Below are positions 24,121 to 33,193 of a stretch of 64,000 nt of DNA, in pieces. Position 1 is the first letter of the stretch. The number at the start of each line of letters is the position of its first letter. The position numbers were made by a program, and so were the translations under genes. The notes below the pieces were generated by a model, which was given only the letters and a program-made list of their open reading frames with translations, was not told where the DNA came from and ran no database searches. This stretch comes from Alphaproteobacteria bacterium (GTDB lineage Bacteria; Pseudomonadota; Alphaproteobacteria; MPNO01): the NCBI GenBank assembly GCA_965248835.1, contig CBDFLJ010000002.1:160001-224000 (forward strand), in the 5' to 3' direction.

Positions 24121-25311
24121 ATGGCGGCCTCGATCGAGGATCTCGATTGCGCCGGCAAGCGGGTTCTGCTGCGCGCCGACCTCAACGTGCCGGTGCGCGA
24201 CGGGGCGGTAAGCGATACCACCCGGATCGACCGGCTGGCCCCGACCATCGAAGAGCTCTGCACCAAGGGTGCCGCCATCGTGGTGATGTCCCATTTCGGC
24301 CGGCCGCAGGGCAAGCGCGAGCCTTCCATGTCGCTCGCACCCCTGGTCGCACCGTTGAGCAGGGCGCTCGGCGGCAAGAACGTGGTTTTCGCCGACGACT
24401 GCATCGGCGATGCGGCCCGTGCGGCGGTCCAGCGGTTGGGCCCCGGCGATGTAGCGCTGCTCGAGAACCTGCGGTTCCATCCGGGCGAGGAGGCCAACGA
24501 CCCGGATTTCGCCCGCGCCCTCGCAGACCTCGGCGATCTCTACGTCAATGACGCCTTTTCGGCCGCCCACCGGACGCATGCCTCGACCGAGGCGATCGCC
24601 CGTCTGCTGCCGTCCGCGGCCGGACGGCTGATGCGGGCAGAGCTCGACGCGCTGGCCGGCGCCCTGGAGAGCCCCGCCCGCCCGGTGGCCGCAATCGTCG
24701 GCGGGGCCAAGGTCTCCACCAAGCTCGACGTTCTGGACAATTTGCTGGACAAGGTCGACCTCCTGGTGATCGGCGGGGCAATGGCCAACACGTTCCTGCA
24801 CGCGCTCGGCACCGATGTCGGCGCCTCGCTGTGCGAGGCCGGGATGGCCGACAGTGCGCGCGGCATTCTCGCCAGGGCTGACGAGATCGGCTGCGAGATG
24901 GCGCTGCCGTCCGATGTCGTCGTCGCCCGGAAACTCGAGGCCGGTGCGGCCGCCGAGACGGTTCCGGTGGCCGCGGTCCCGGCCGCCATGATGATCCTCG
25001 ACCTCGGCCCGGCCACCGCAAAGGGTCTCGCGGCACGGCTTGCGGATTGCGCTACGCTTGTGTGGAACGGCCCGCTCGGCGCTTTCGAGGTCCCGCCGTT
25101 CGACGCCGCGACCAATACGGTCGCCCGCGCGGCCGCCGATCTGACCGGATCGGGCGCGCTGCTCAGCGTCGCCGGCGGCGGCGACACGGTGGCGGCGCTT
25201 TCCCACGCCGGCGTGCTCGCTGAGTTCAGCTACGTCTCGACCGCCGGCGGCGCCTTCCTCGAATGGCTCGAGGGCAGGACACTCCCCGGAGTCGCGGCGC
25301 TGGAAAGCTGA
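24121..25311 (+). CDS. pgk: Phosphoglycerate kinase
   Basis: [32 protein letters not shown]. Confidence 0.98.
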   Translation: MAASIEDLDCAGKRVLLRADLNVPVRDGAVSDTTRIDRLAPTIEELCTKGAAIVVMSHFGRPQGKREPSMSLAPLVAPLSRALGGKNVVFADDCIGDAARAAVQRLGPGDVALLENLRFHPGEEANDPDFARALADLGDLYVNDAFSAAHRTHASTEAIARLLPSAAGRLMRAELDALAGALESPARPVAAIVGGAKVSTKLDVLDNLLDKVDLLVIGGAMANTFLHALGTDVGASLCEAGMADSARGILARADEIGCEMALPSDVVVARKLEAGAAAETVPVAAVPAAMMILDLGPATAKGLAARLADCATLVWNGPLGAFEVPPFDAATNTVARAAADLTGSGALLSVAGGGDTVAALSHAGVLAEFSYVSTAGGAFLEWLEGRTLPGVAALES

Positions 25312-25348
25312 GGCGAACCGGTTCCGCCCAGGTGCGCCGATTCCGTCT

Positions 25349-25897
25349 TCAGGACGGGTCGGGCTTGTAGATCCCCTGGGACTCGACCAGGAAGGCCCGG
25401 TTCAGGCGCGCGCGGTAGTTCTCCATCGCAGCGGTGGCGGCGAGCTCGACAAGCTGTGCGTCGCTGAAATGCGCCTTGGCGGCCCCGTAGACCTCATCGC
25501 TCAGGTCGGCGGGCGTCTGGGTCAGCGCCTCGGCGAAGGCAAGGGCGGTCTTCTCGGCATCGCTGAACAGATCGCTGTTCCACCAGTGTCCGACCGCGGC
25601 AATCTTTTCGTCCGAGCTTCCCGCAGCGCTGCTCCCGGCAGCGTTGGAGTCAATTCAGAACGGACAGGTGACGATCTGGGCGACGCGGACGCAAACCAGC
25701 GAGCGCAACTCGGCCGGCAGCAGCCCGGACCTGGCCGGCGCCGCGCCGAGCGCACGGCTCGCCTCCAGGATCGGCGGGCAGTGCGCCTGGATCCCGGCGG
25801 GGACCGATGGCTGGCCGATCATGCGTTCGGCGGCTTCCATCAGCGGACGCGCCGCGTCGGCCGCCTCGTCCTTGCCCAGGGGCCTGACCCTTGTCAT
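25349..25897 (-). CDS. Carboxymuconolactone decarboxylase/AhpD family selenoprotein (CPFU; TGA at 25655-25657 read as Sec), 182 aa
   Basis: Frame continues past TGA as IDSNAAGSSAAGSSDEKIAAV..LFSDAEKTALAFAEALT..HFSDAQLVELAATAAMENYRARLNRA, a typical CMD C-terminal half; TGA occupies the second Cys of CxxC; hairpin follows. Confidence 0.88.
25627..25643 (-). promoter_or_regulatory. Putative bacterial SECIS hairpin
   Basis: Minus strand reads TGA-ATTGACTCCAA(11 nt)-CGCTGC-CGGGA-GCAGCG: a perfect 6-bp stem with a G-containing loop. Confidence 0.75.
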
Positions 25898-26187
25898 TCG
25901 ATTCCCTCCACCAGCATCAGCTTGCTGATCGTCCCGCTCTGGCGCAGGGCGATCAAGGGGGCATGTTCGGGATCGCCGTAATAGGTCTCCGCAGCCTCGA
26001 GGCTGGGAAACTCCAGGACCACCGCGCGGTCCGGCAACTCCCAGTCGCCTTCGAGCTTGCGGGCCGGCTTGGCGCCGACGATCTGGCGCCCGCCGTGCTT
26101 GTCCAGCAGCCGCTTGATGCCCCTGCGGTATTCCTCGACGTGGCTGTCGTCGGTGAAGACGAGCTGGGCGATGATGTAGGCCGGCAT
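25894..26187 (-). CDS. DUF1330 domain protein
   Basis: MPAYIIAQ..YRR..KHGGR..LEGDW..VVLEFPSLEAA..Y..R; AAGGAGA RBS; ATGA overlap with the CMD gene. Confidence 0.88.
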   Translation of the reverse strand: MPAYIIAQLVFTDDSHVEEYRRGIKRLLDKHGGRQIVGAKPARKLEGDWELPDRAVVLEFPSLEAAETYYGDPEHAPLIALRQSGTISKLMLVEGIE

Positions 26188-26296
26188 TCGTCGTCTCCTT
26201 CGTCTTTGCAAACCAAGAACAGGCCCGGTTTGCGCCGGCCCTTTCCTCATTCCGGCCCGTTCCCGATCGCTGGCACCGTCTTTTTGGTGCTGCAGC

Positions 26297-26581
26297 TCAC
26301 CCCTTGTCCTGCTCCGCGGCCTCGGCGCTCGCGTCCGCGATCATGGCGGCCTCCGCCGTTTCCACCGCGTCCGCGTCTTGCTCGTCGTCCTGCAGACGGT
26401 CTTCGAGCGCGGCGAGCTTCTTGTCGGTCTTGAACTGACCCAACGCGTAGACCGCCCAGATGGCCGCGGGGAGCCAGCCGACGACGGTGAGCTGCAGCAA
26501 CAAACAGATGATGCCGGCGATCGGCCGCTTGATGGTGAAAAACAAGAACCACGGGATCAGCAGGGCGAGGATCAGGCGCAT
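26297..26581 (-). CDS. YqaE/Pmp3-like small membrane protein
   Basis: MRLILALLIPW..GIICLLLQLTVVGWLPAAIWAVYA; AAGGAG RBS. Confidence 0.75.
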   Translation of the reverse strand: MRLILALLIPWFLFFTIKRPIAGIICLLLQLTVVGWLPAAIWAVYALGQFKTDKKLAALEDRLQDDEQDADAVETAEAAMIADASAEAAEQDKG

Positions 26582-26653
26582 CGCAACGGTCTCCTTTCGG
26601 GGGCTTCAATCCGCGTATGCGCCCGGCCCAGTCTCGAGCTATTCGTCAACGGA

Positions 26654-27409
26654 TCATATCATCCGTTCGAGGCGGACGCTGCGCAGGTCCATCTCGTACT
26701 CCAGCCCCTCGACCGGCGGGCGGGCGTAGTGCCAGGTGAGCCCCGCCGGTGCGGCGCCGCGGGCGATGATCTCCTCGGCGAGGAAGGGGTGGATGTTCTG
26801 GACGGTATAGACCTGGGTGGCGGTCGCATCGGCCCAGCCGAGGCCGAGCGCGGCCAGCCTGGTTTCCATCGCCGCCAGCACGAAGCGCGCCTTCTCCAGC
26901 ATCGCGTCCGGACCGGTCTCGCCCGGACGGACGATACCCGACTCGTAGGTCGCCTGTCCCTCCGGTGATTCCGCCGAGCCGGCGATGACGAAGCCCGGCG
27001 CGGCTGCCCGGTCGGCCTGCGGCACGGTATAGCAGAACGCCTCGAAGCTCGGCTCGGGCGGCGGCGCGATCGCCGGACAGACGTTGGAGCGCGCGACCGG
27101 GTTCTCGTCATTGCGGAACAGCCCCCAGCGCTCGAGCGTTCCGACATAGACCCGGTTGAAGTCGACGAACCCGGCCTCGGTGAACGGCGCGGGCGAGCGC
27201 AGTTCGCAGGCGCAAAAGGCGGTCATCGGCCGGCCGAGCGCGGTGACATGGGCCTCGATTGCCGCAAAGCCCTGCTCTATGGGCAGCGGCGCGGCGAAGC
27301 GGGCGCGCTCGATCGTGAAGCCGGGCTCGGCTGCGACTCCGCCCGAGTACTGAAAAGGGCCGCGGACATAGCGATAGCCACCCGCCCCGAACACCGCCGT
27401 CTCAACCAT
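26654..27409 (-). CDS. CnbZ-like (2-amino-5-chloromuconate deaminase-like) protein
   Basis: GGYRYVRGPFQYSGGVAA, CACELRSPAPF, NPVARSNVCP, RPPVEGLEYEMD resemble the CnbZ family as recalled. Confidence 0.65.
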   Translation of the reverse strand: MVETAVFGAGGYRYVRGPFQYSGGVAAEPGFTIERARFAAPLPIEQGFAAIEAHVTALGRPMTAFCACELRSPAPFTEAGFVDFNRVYVGTLERWGLFRNDENPVARSNVCPAIAPPPEPSFEAFCYTVPQADRAAAPGFVIAGSAESPEGQATYESGIVRPGETGPDAMLEKARFVLAAMETRLAALGLGWADATATQVYTVQNIHPFLAEEIIARGAAPAGLTWHYARPPVEGLEYEMDLRSVRLERMI

Positions 27410-27544
27410 TGCGCGCTCCGATCTCCGCCGTTTCCGACAACGCTCGACCAACGCCGGCCGGCCGATCGATCCGCCGCCGCGTTGTCCCGCGCCACCGCGA
27501 TGCCTACAGTCCGGCTTCCGGTAACCGACCGCAAGAGGCACAGG

Positions 27545-28447
27545 ATGAAATACCGCTATCTCGACTGGAAGGTCGAATCCTCGCAGCAGAACCCCGGCGA
27601 CAACGCCATCGGCGTGCTCACGCTCAACCGGCCCGATCACGCCAACGCGATGGGGCCGCGGATGACGATGGAGCTCCACCAGATGGTCGACGAGATCAAG
27701 CATTCGCCGGTCCGGGTGGTGATCATCACCGGCGCCGGCGGCAACTTCTCCGGCGGCGGCGATCTTCAGGTCGAGACCTTGCCGATGGAGGACCAGAGGG
27801 ACGAGTGGGGCGATTACGGCGTCAAGGGGGAGTACGGCGAGATGCTGGTCTGGTTCGCCAACGACTACTTCCACATCATCGCCCAGCGCATGTGCCGGAA
27901 CCTCGAGGACCTGCCCCAGCCGACGATCGCCGCGGTCGACGGAATCGCGGTCGGCATCGGGCTCGAGATGGCGGTGAGCTGCGATCTGCGGATCGCCTCC
28001 GACCGGGTGCGGTTGGCCGAAATCGCGGTGCCGGCAGGTTTCATGAGCGAATGGTCGGCACCGCGCAGCCTGCCGGGGCTGATCGGCCAGACCAAGGCCA
28101 ACGAGATGATCCTGACCGGCCGGTTCGTGCTGGCCGAGGAGGCCGAGAGGATCGGCCTGGTCAACAAAATCGTCCCCGCCGATTCGCTGCTCGACGAGGC
28201 GCGCGCCTGGGCCGGGCGGATGTGCACCTATCCTGCGCTGGGGCTCAGATACGCCAAGGAGACCATCCGGCTCTACCAGAACCAGAACCGGCTGAAGGAG
28301 CACGGCGAGGTCGAGATGGAGCGCATCTTCGAGATCACCCGCACGCCCGACTGCGCCGAAGGGATCGCGGCGTTCCTGGATAAGCGCGCGCCGGTATACC
28401 ACCCGGGCGCTCCGGTCGACAAGCGCGCGCGCTGGCACGACGAATAG
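27545..28447 (+). CDS. Enoyl-CoA hydratase/isomerase family protein
   Basis: LNRPDHANA, FSGGGDL, AAVDGIAVGIGLE, EGIAAFLDKRAP. Confidence 0.85.
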   Translation: MKYRYLDWKVESSQQNPGDNAIGVLTLNRPDHANAMGPRMTMELHQMVDEIKHSPVRVVIITGAGGNFSGGGDLQVETLPMEDQRDEWGDYGVKGEYGEMLVWFANDYFHIIAQRMCRNLEDLPQPTIAAVDGIAVGIGLEMAVSCDLRIASDRVRLAEIAVPAGFMSEWSAPRSLPGLIGQTKANEMILTGRFVLAEEAERIGLVNKIVPADSLLDEARAWAGRMCTYPALGLRYAKETIRLYQNQNRLKEHGEVEMERIFEITRTPDCAEGIAAFLDKRAPVYHPGAPVDKRARWHDE

Positions 28448-28514
28448 GGCTTGGTCCGAGCAGGCTGGGCCGGCCCGCCATCGGGAAGCGGGGCGCGGCT
28501 CGGAGGCCGCGGCG

Positions 28515-29288
28515 TCAGGCGGTTCTGGTGAACGCGGCCTCCGCGTCGGTCTTTCCGGCGGCGAACGCGGCCTCGGCTTCGGTCACGAAGTCCTCGATCT
28601 CGGGCCCGGTCATCGCGCCGCGGAACATCTCCGCGCGCATGGCGACCCGCTGGTCGCTGATCGCGCGGATCGCCGCGGTCATCCGTGCCAGGTCGTCCTC
28701 CGAGCCGATCAGCCCGACCGCCTCCTTCGCCATCTCCTTGTAGTGGTCGCGCTCGTCGTCGTAGATCACCTGCATCGCCGCTGCGGTCATGTCTTCCAGC
28801 GTGCCGCCGGACAGCTTCGCCCCTTCACGGAACAGCCGTGCGCCGCCGCCCTCCGTGAACCCCACCGCGGCGCGCTCGATCGGCGAGCCCGACCCGGCAT
28901 AGGCACGCCGCATCTCGCCCAGCTTCCTCTCCTCGGGTAGCTGGACGGTGTCTTCGGGCGAAATCGGCCGACCCGCCAGGTGCTCGAAGACATCGGCCAA
29001 CAGGACATAGTGGTTGAACTCGTCGGTAAGCTGCGACAGTCGGAAGTGGAATTCGTGGCGGTCGAGCGTCTTGTCGACTTCGGGGAAGGCCTCGACCAGG
29101 GATGCGAGCTCGCGGTGCAGGCCGTTGAAATAGCCGTCGACCGGGTTGAGCTCCTTCCAGAGCTGCGCCTTGAGATAGAAGATATGGTCCTGCGGGCTCG
29201 CCTTGGCGAAGAATCGCCGGGCGATCTCGCCTTCGGCCTCCCAGTAGGGCCACGCCGCCGCCAAGAGCCTGTGCTCGATATCCACCAT
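28515..29288 (-). CDS. Ferritin-like diiron-carboxylate protein of unknown function
   Basis: Helical acidic protein with E(WKEL), DEFNH, E(FTEGG) and DERDH; GGGGAG RBS before ATG at 29288. Confidence 0.6.
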   Translation of the reverse strand: MVDIEHRLLAAAWPYWEAEGEIARRFFAKASPQDHIFYLKAQLWKELNPVDGYFNGLHRELASLVEAFPEVDKTLDRHEFHFRLSQLTDEFNHYVLLADVFEHLAGRPISPEDTVQLPEERKLGEMRRAYAGSGSPIERAAVGFTEGGGARLFREGAKLSGGTLEDMTAAAMQVIYDDERDHYKEMAKEAVGLIGSEDDLARMTAAIRAISDQRVAMRAEMFRGAMTGPEIEDFVTEAEAAFAAGKTDAEAAFTRTA

Positions 29289-29418
29289 GTCTCTCCCCGT
29301 CGCCATCGCGCGATGATATCCGCCCGCCTCATCCGGGCAAGCGTTGCCGTGATGGCCGGGCTCTGAGAAGATGCGCCCGCGCGATGAACCGACCCCAACC
29401 TGGAGGACGCCGCCGCCG

Positions 29419-31134
29419 ATGGCGCATCTGGAGACCGATGTCCTGGTCATCGGTGCCGGTGGCGCGGGCATGTATGCCGCCGTCGCCGCCGAGCGCGCGG
29501 GTGCGGCCGTGGTGCTGGTGGACAAGTCGATGATCGGGCGCGGCGGAGCGACGATCATGGCTCAGATGACGGTGGCCGCCGCCGTGGGCGAGTGGGCTCC
29601 GGACCACTGGACCCATCATTTCGCCGACACCGTCGCCGCCGGGCGCGGGCTTTGCAACGAGCGCCTGTCGGCGATCCTGTGCGAGGAAGCGCCGATCCGC
29701 ATCCGCGAGATGGACGGCTGGAAAGTCGGCTGGGCGCGCGAGGACGGCCGCATGCGGGCGGTGATGGCGCCCGGCCACCACATCCCACGGTGCGTCTATG
29801 TCGATTTCCTCAATACCGGGCCGGCGGTCGCCAAGACCCTGCGGACCCGGGTCGCTCGGGGCAGCGGCATCAGGCGGGTGAGCGGGCTTTCGATCCTCGA
29901 TCTCGTCGTCCATGACGGCCGGGTGGCCGGCGCGCTGGGGATCAACCTCGAGGACGGTGCGCCGGTCGACATCGCCGCACGCGCGGTGGTGCTGGCCGCA
30001 GGCGGGCTTACCCGGCTCTATCGCCGCAACAGCGCTTCGGCCAATATGGGCGGGGATGCCTACGCGCTGGCGCTCGGCGCCGGGGCCGAGTTGATCGACA
30101 TGGAGTTCCCGCAATTCTTCCCGATCGGCCACCTCGCGCCGCGGCTGGTCGGCATGGACCCCATCATGTGGGACCCCTTCCGATACAAGCTCGGCGGGCG
30201 GCTGCTCAACGGCAATCTCGAAGAGTTCATCGAGAACTACGGCGCGCAGGATTCCGGCGTCTATACCGCACCGCGGGATATCACCTCCTATGCCATTTTC
30301 AAGGAGGCCGAAGCCGGCCGCGCCTCGCCGAACGGCGGCGCATATCTCAGCTTCCAGCACATCTCCGAGCCCGACCTGCGTGAAGCCTTCGGCCCGGTGA
30401 TCGACCGGTTGGCCAGCAACGGCATCGACCTGACCGAACGCCCGATCGAGGTCGCGCCGATCGCCCACTACCACATGGGCGGCATCCGGGTTGACGAGAC
30501 CATGGCGACCCGGATCGACGGCCTGTTCGCCGCCGGCGAAGCGGTCGGCGGGGCCAACGGCGCCAACCGGCTGTCCGGCAACGCCATTCCGGAGGCCTTC
30601 GTCTTCGGCGAGCGGGCCGGCCGGTTCGCCGCGTCCCGTGCGGCCGGGAGCGGCTCGTCCTGGCGCAAGGCCGATGACGGACGCGCGGCGGCGCATATCG
30701 GCGCGGTCCATGGCACCGGTACTGCCGATGCCGGGCTCGGCGCGCTGATGACCGAGCTTCAGACGCTGATGTGGGACGATGTCGGGCTGCTGCGGACCGG
30801 GCAGGGCCTGGGCCGGGCGCTCGCAAGACTCCAAGAGATGCGCAGCGGGGATCTGCCTGCGCTTGCACCGGTGCGGACCGGCCATTTCAGCCACGCGCTG
30901 CTCGACTGGTTCGACCTGCGGGCATCGCTGGTCTGCGCGGAATCGGTTGCGCTCACCGCACGCAACCGCAAGGAAAGCCGCGGCGCCCATCAGCGCGAGG
31001 ACCATGCGGCCACCGATCCCGCCTTGGCGCGCAACCAGGTCGTGCGCCAGGCCGGCGACGGCACGCTCGAATGCGACTGGGCGGCGGTGGTCGAGGACCG
31101 CCACGAGCCGACGCCGCTCGAGGCCGCCGAATGA
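29419..31134 (+). CDS. SdhA/FrdA/NadB family flavoprotein
   Basis: GAGGAG, DMEFPQFFP, HYHMGGI, AAGE..GG.NGANRLSGN, RKESRGAHQRED. Confidence 0.85.
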   Translation: MAHLETDVLVIGAGGAGMYAAVAAERAGAAVVLVDKSMIGRGGATIMAQMTVAAAVGEWAPDHWTHHFADTVAAGRGLCNERLSAILCEEAPIRIREMDGWKVGWAREDGRMRAVMAPGHHIPRCVYVDFLNTGPAVAKTLRTRVARGSGIRRVSGLSILDLVVHDGRVAGALGINLEDGAPVDIAARAVVLAAGGLTRLYRRNSASANMGGDAYALALGAGAELIDMEFPQFFPIGHLAPRLVGMDPIMWDPFRYKLGGRLLNGNLEEFIENYGAQDSGVYTAPRDITSYAIFKEAEAGRASPNGGAYLSFQHISEPDLREAFGPVIDRLASNGIDLTERPIEVAPIAHYHMGGIRVDETMATRIDGLFAAGEAVGGANGANRLSGNAIPEAFVFGERAGRFAASRAAGSGSSWRKADDGRAAAHIGAVHGTGTADAGLGALMTELQTLMWDDVGLLRTGQGLGRALARLQEMRSGDLPALAPVRTGHFSHALLDWFDLRASLVCAESVALTARNRKESRGAHQREDHAATDPALARNQVVRQAGDGTLECDWAAVVEDRHEPTPLEAAE

Positions 31135-31490
31135 GCCCGGCGTCGGTCACTATCCGGGTTCGCCGCGGCACGCCGGAGGAGGCCTCGCGGATCGAGACCT
31201 TCGAGATTCCCTACCGCGACGGGATGTCGGTGCTCGATGCAGTGATGTGGGTGCACGCCAATGTCGATTCGACGCTCGCCGTCCGCTATTCCTGCATCAA
31301 CGCCAATGCGTGCAAGGAATGCATGCTCCAGGTCGACGGCAAGACCGAATATGCCTGCACCGCGCGCCTTGGTGCGGCCGGCGCGCTGATCGAGCCGCTG
31401 TCCAACAAGGCCCTGATCCGCGACCTCGTCACCGACATCGTCCCGCCCAAGGAACGGCTCGCGGCCCACCTCGCCGACTCTTCCGGCTAG
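31131..31490 (+). CDS. Stand-alone SdhB/FrdB N-terminal 2Fe-2S domain protein (119 aa)
   Basis: MSVLDA, RYSCINANACKEC..VDG...AC, IEPL....IRDLV; ATGA overlap; no 4Fe-4S/3Fe-4S domain. Confidence 0.8.
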   Translation: MSPASVTIRVRRGTPEEASRIETFEIPYRDGMSVLDAVMWVHANVDSTLAVRYSCINANACKECMLQVDGKTEYACTARLGAAGALIEPLSNKALIRDLVTDIVPPKERLAAHLADSSG

Positions 31491-31559
31491 TCAACAGGAA
31501 CCGAAGCGGGTGACATTATGGACTGTTCATCGGGGTTCGACCTTTGGCGGATCTTTCGG

Positions 31560-31700
31560 ATGGCACGGGGCGCCGGCCGGCCGGTTGCGGCCTTGCTGTT
31601 GCGCGGTGAAGAGCGGTCGTATCTCGAGCGTCGGAGATCCCTGCAATCTCGACACCAAGCCGCGGGACACAACCCAAGCCTCCTTTGTTCAAAAGCGTGA
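31560..31700 (+). mobile_element. Probable IS630-family transposase 5' remnant
   Basis: MARGAGRPVAALLLRGEERSYLERR resembles recalled alphaproteobacterial IS630 N-termini (GRP.A.L.L..EER.YLER); similarity stops after about 25 codons. Confidence 0.5.
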
Positions 31701-31905
31701 CGCATATTCCGCGACAACGCCGAGCCCTCGACTGAGTGCAGAGCCTGGACCACGACCATGGACGGCGCGGTTCGCTTTACCGGGTTTCCGAATGCCAATA
31801 GAATTTGCGCAAAGCCGGTCGTCTCGCGCTTGCGAGGGGACAGGCGGGGCGGCCTTATAAGCCTCGATTAAACGGGCCACGCGCCCACAGAGAGGGAGGA
31901 CTCCC

Positions 31906-33123
31906 ATGAAACGCTTCTTTCAGGCGTTGTTGGCCGGCGTGCTGGCCGGCGTGGTATCGGCCGGCGGGGCGCTTGCCCAGGACAAGCTCAAGATCGGCTG
32001 GATCGGCCCGCTTTCGGGCTGGGGCACGTTCGGCGGCACGGCGATCATGCGCGGCACCGCGCTTGCCGTCGACCACATCAACGCAGAGGGCGGCGTCCAC
32101 GGCCGCATGCTGGAGCTGGTACGCCGAGATTCGGCGGCCAAGCCCGAGCAGGCGATCACCGTCGCCCGAGAGCTGACCGACCGCGAGAAGGTCTATGCCC
32201 TGATCGGCAAGTTCGATTCGAGCTCGGCCAAGGCGCTGAACCCGGTGATCCATGAGGCCGGCATCCCGATGATGCTGTCGATTGCAGCGGCCACCAAGAA
32301 CATCGAGTACAACCGCGATCCCAACTTCATGTTCCGCACCTCTGGAGCCGATCACTACATCGCCCGGTTCCTGGTCGACTTCGCGATCAAGGAGTACGGC
32401 GCCAAGAAGGTCGCGATCGGCTTCGAGGATACCGGCTACGGCTTCGGCGGCCGCGACGACGTCACCAAGGCGCTCAAGTCCAAGGGGATGGCCCCGGTCG
32501 CCAAGGTCAAGTTCTCCCGTCCCGACACCGACATGACCGCGCAGGCCCAGGTCATCAAGCGCTCGGGCGCGGACGTGGTGATTCTGTATTCGATCGCCAA
32601 GGCTGACGCGATGATGGTCCGGAGTCTCAACAAGGTCGGCGCAAAGACGACGGTGATCTGTGCCTGGGCGGCAAGCTCGCCCGCTCTGCCGAAGTTCGCC
32701 GGCCCCTTGGCCAACGGCATCACGGTCATGCAGACCTCGAGCTTCCTCGATCCCGACCTCGATGATCTCGGCAAGAAGGTGCTGGCCGACTTCATGAAGA
32801 AGTACAAGATCGACGATCCGGCCAAGATCGTCACCCCGGCGTTCACCGCGCACGCCTATGACGGGATGCTGCTGCTCGCCGCGGCGATGAACAAGGCGAA
32901 GCTCTCGCTCAAGCCCGGCGATCTCGCGTCCGACCGCAGGAAGATCCGCGATGCGCTCGAGAACGGCCTCGGTCCGGTCAAGGGCCTGATCAAGGACTAC
33001 AACCCGGCCTTCACCAAGGACGACCACGACTCGGTCGGCCCCGACGACTACATCATGACCGTGTGGAAGGACGGCAAGCTGATCCCCTACAAAGGCAAGC
33101 ACAACTGGGGCAAGAAGCATTGA
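31906..33123 (+). CDS. Branched-chain amino acid-type ABC transporter substrate-binding protein
   Basis: Signal peptide, KIGWIGPLSG, INAEGGVHGR, AYDG; GGAGGA RBS. Confidence 0.92.
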   Translation: MKRFFQALLAGVLAGVVSAGGALAQDKLKIGWIGPLSGWGTFGGTAIMRGTALAVDHINAEGGVHGRMLELVRRDSAAKPEQAITVARELTDREKVYALIGKFDSSSAKALNPVIHEAGIPMMLSIAAATKNIEYNRDPNFMFRTSGADHYIARFLVDFAIKEYGAKKVAIGFEDTGYGFGGRDDVTKALKSKGMAPVAKVKFSRPDTDMTAQAQVIKRSGADVVILYSIAKADAMMVRSLNKVGAKTTVICAWAASSPALPKFAGPLANGITVMQTSSFLDPDLDDLGKKVLADFMKKYKIDDPAKIVTPAFTAHAYDGMLLLAAAMNKAKLSLKPGDLASDRRKIRDALENGLGPVKGLIKDYNPAFTKDDHDSVGPDDYIMTVWKDGKLIPYKGKHNWGKKH

Positions 33124-33146
33124 TCCGATCTCGACCTTGACGCGAT

Positions 33147-33177
33147 CCCGCCGCCAGGACCCGCGCCTGGCGGCGGG
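33147..33177 (+). promoter_or_regulatory. Intergenic 12-bp stem-loop after the binding-protein gene (mRNA stabiliser or partial terminator)
   Basis: CCCGCCGCCAGG-ACCCGCG-CCTGGCGGCGGG perfect inverted repeat with no U-tract. Confidence 0.6.
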
Positions 33178-33193
33178 GCCTCGCTAAGAGCGC

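Noticed and set aside
26270-26290. TGGCAC as a sigma54 promoter
   Set aside because: No TTGC at the required -12 spacing, and the orientation is opposite to the flanking genes.
29419-31490. Respiratory succinate dehydrogenase sdhAB
   Set aside because: No covalent-FAD His motif, a shortened Fe-S subunit and no membrane anchor genes.
31491-31905. Possible tRNA or riboswitch upstream of the ABC operon (GGTTCGA at about 31534)
   Set aside because: No cloverleaf or recognisable aptamer core; better explained as an IS remnant plus promoter.
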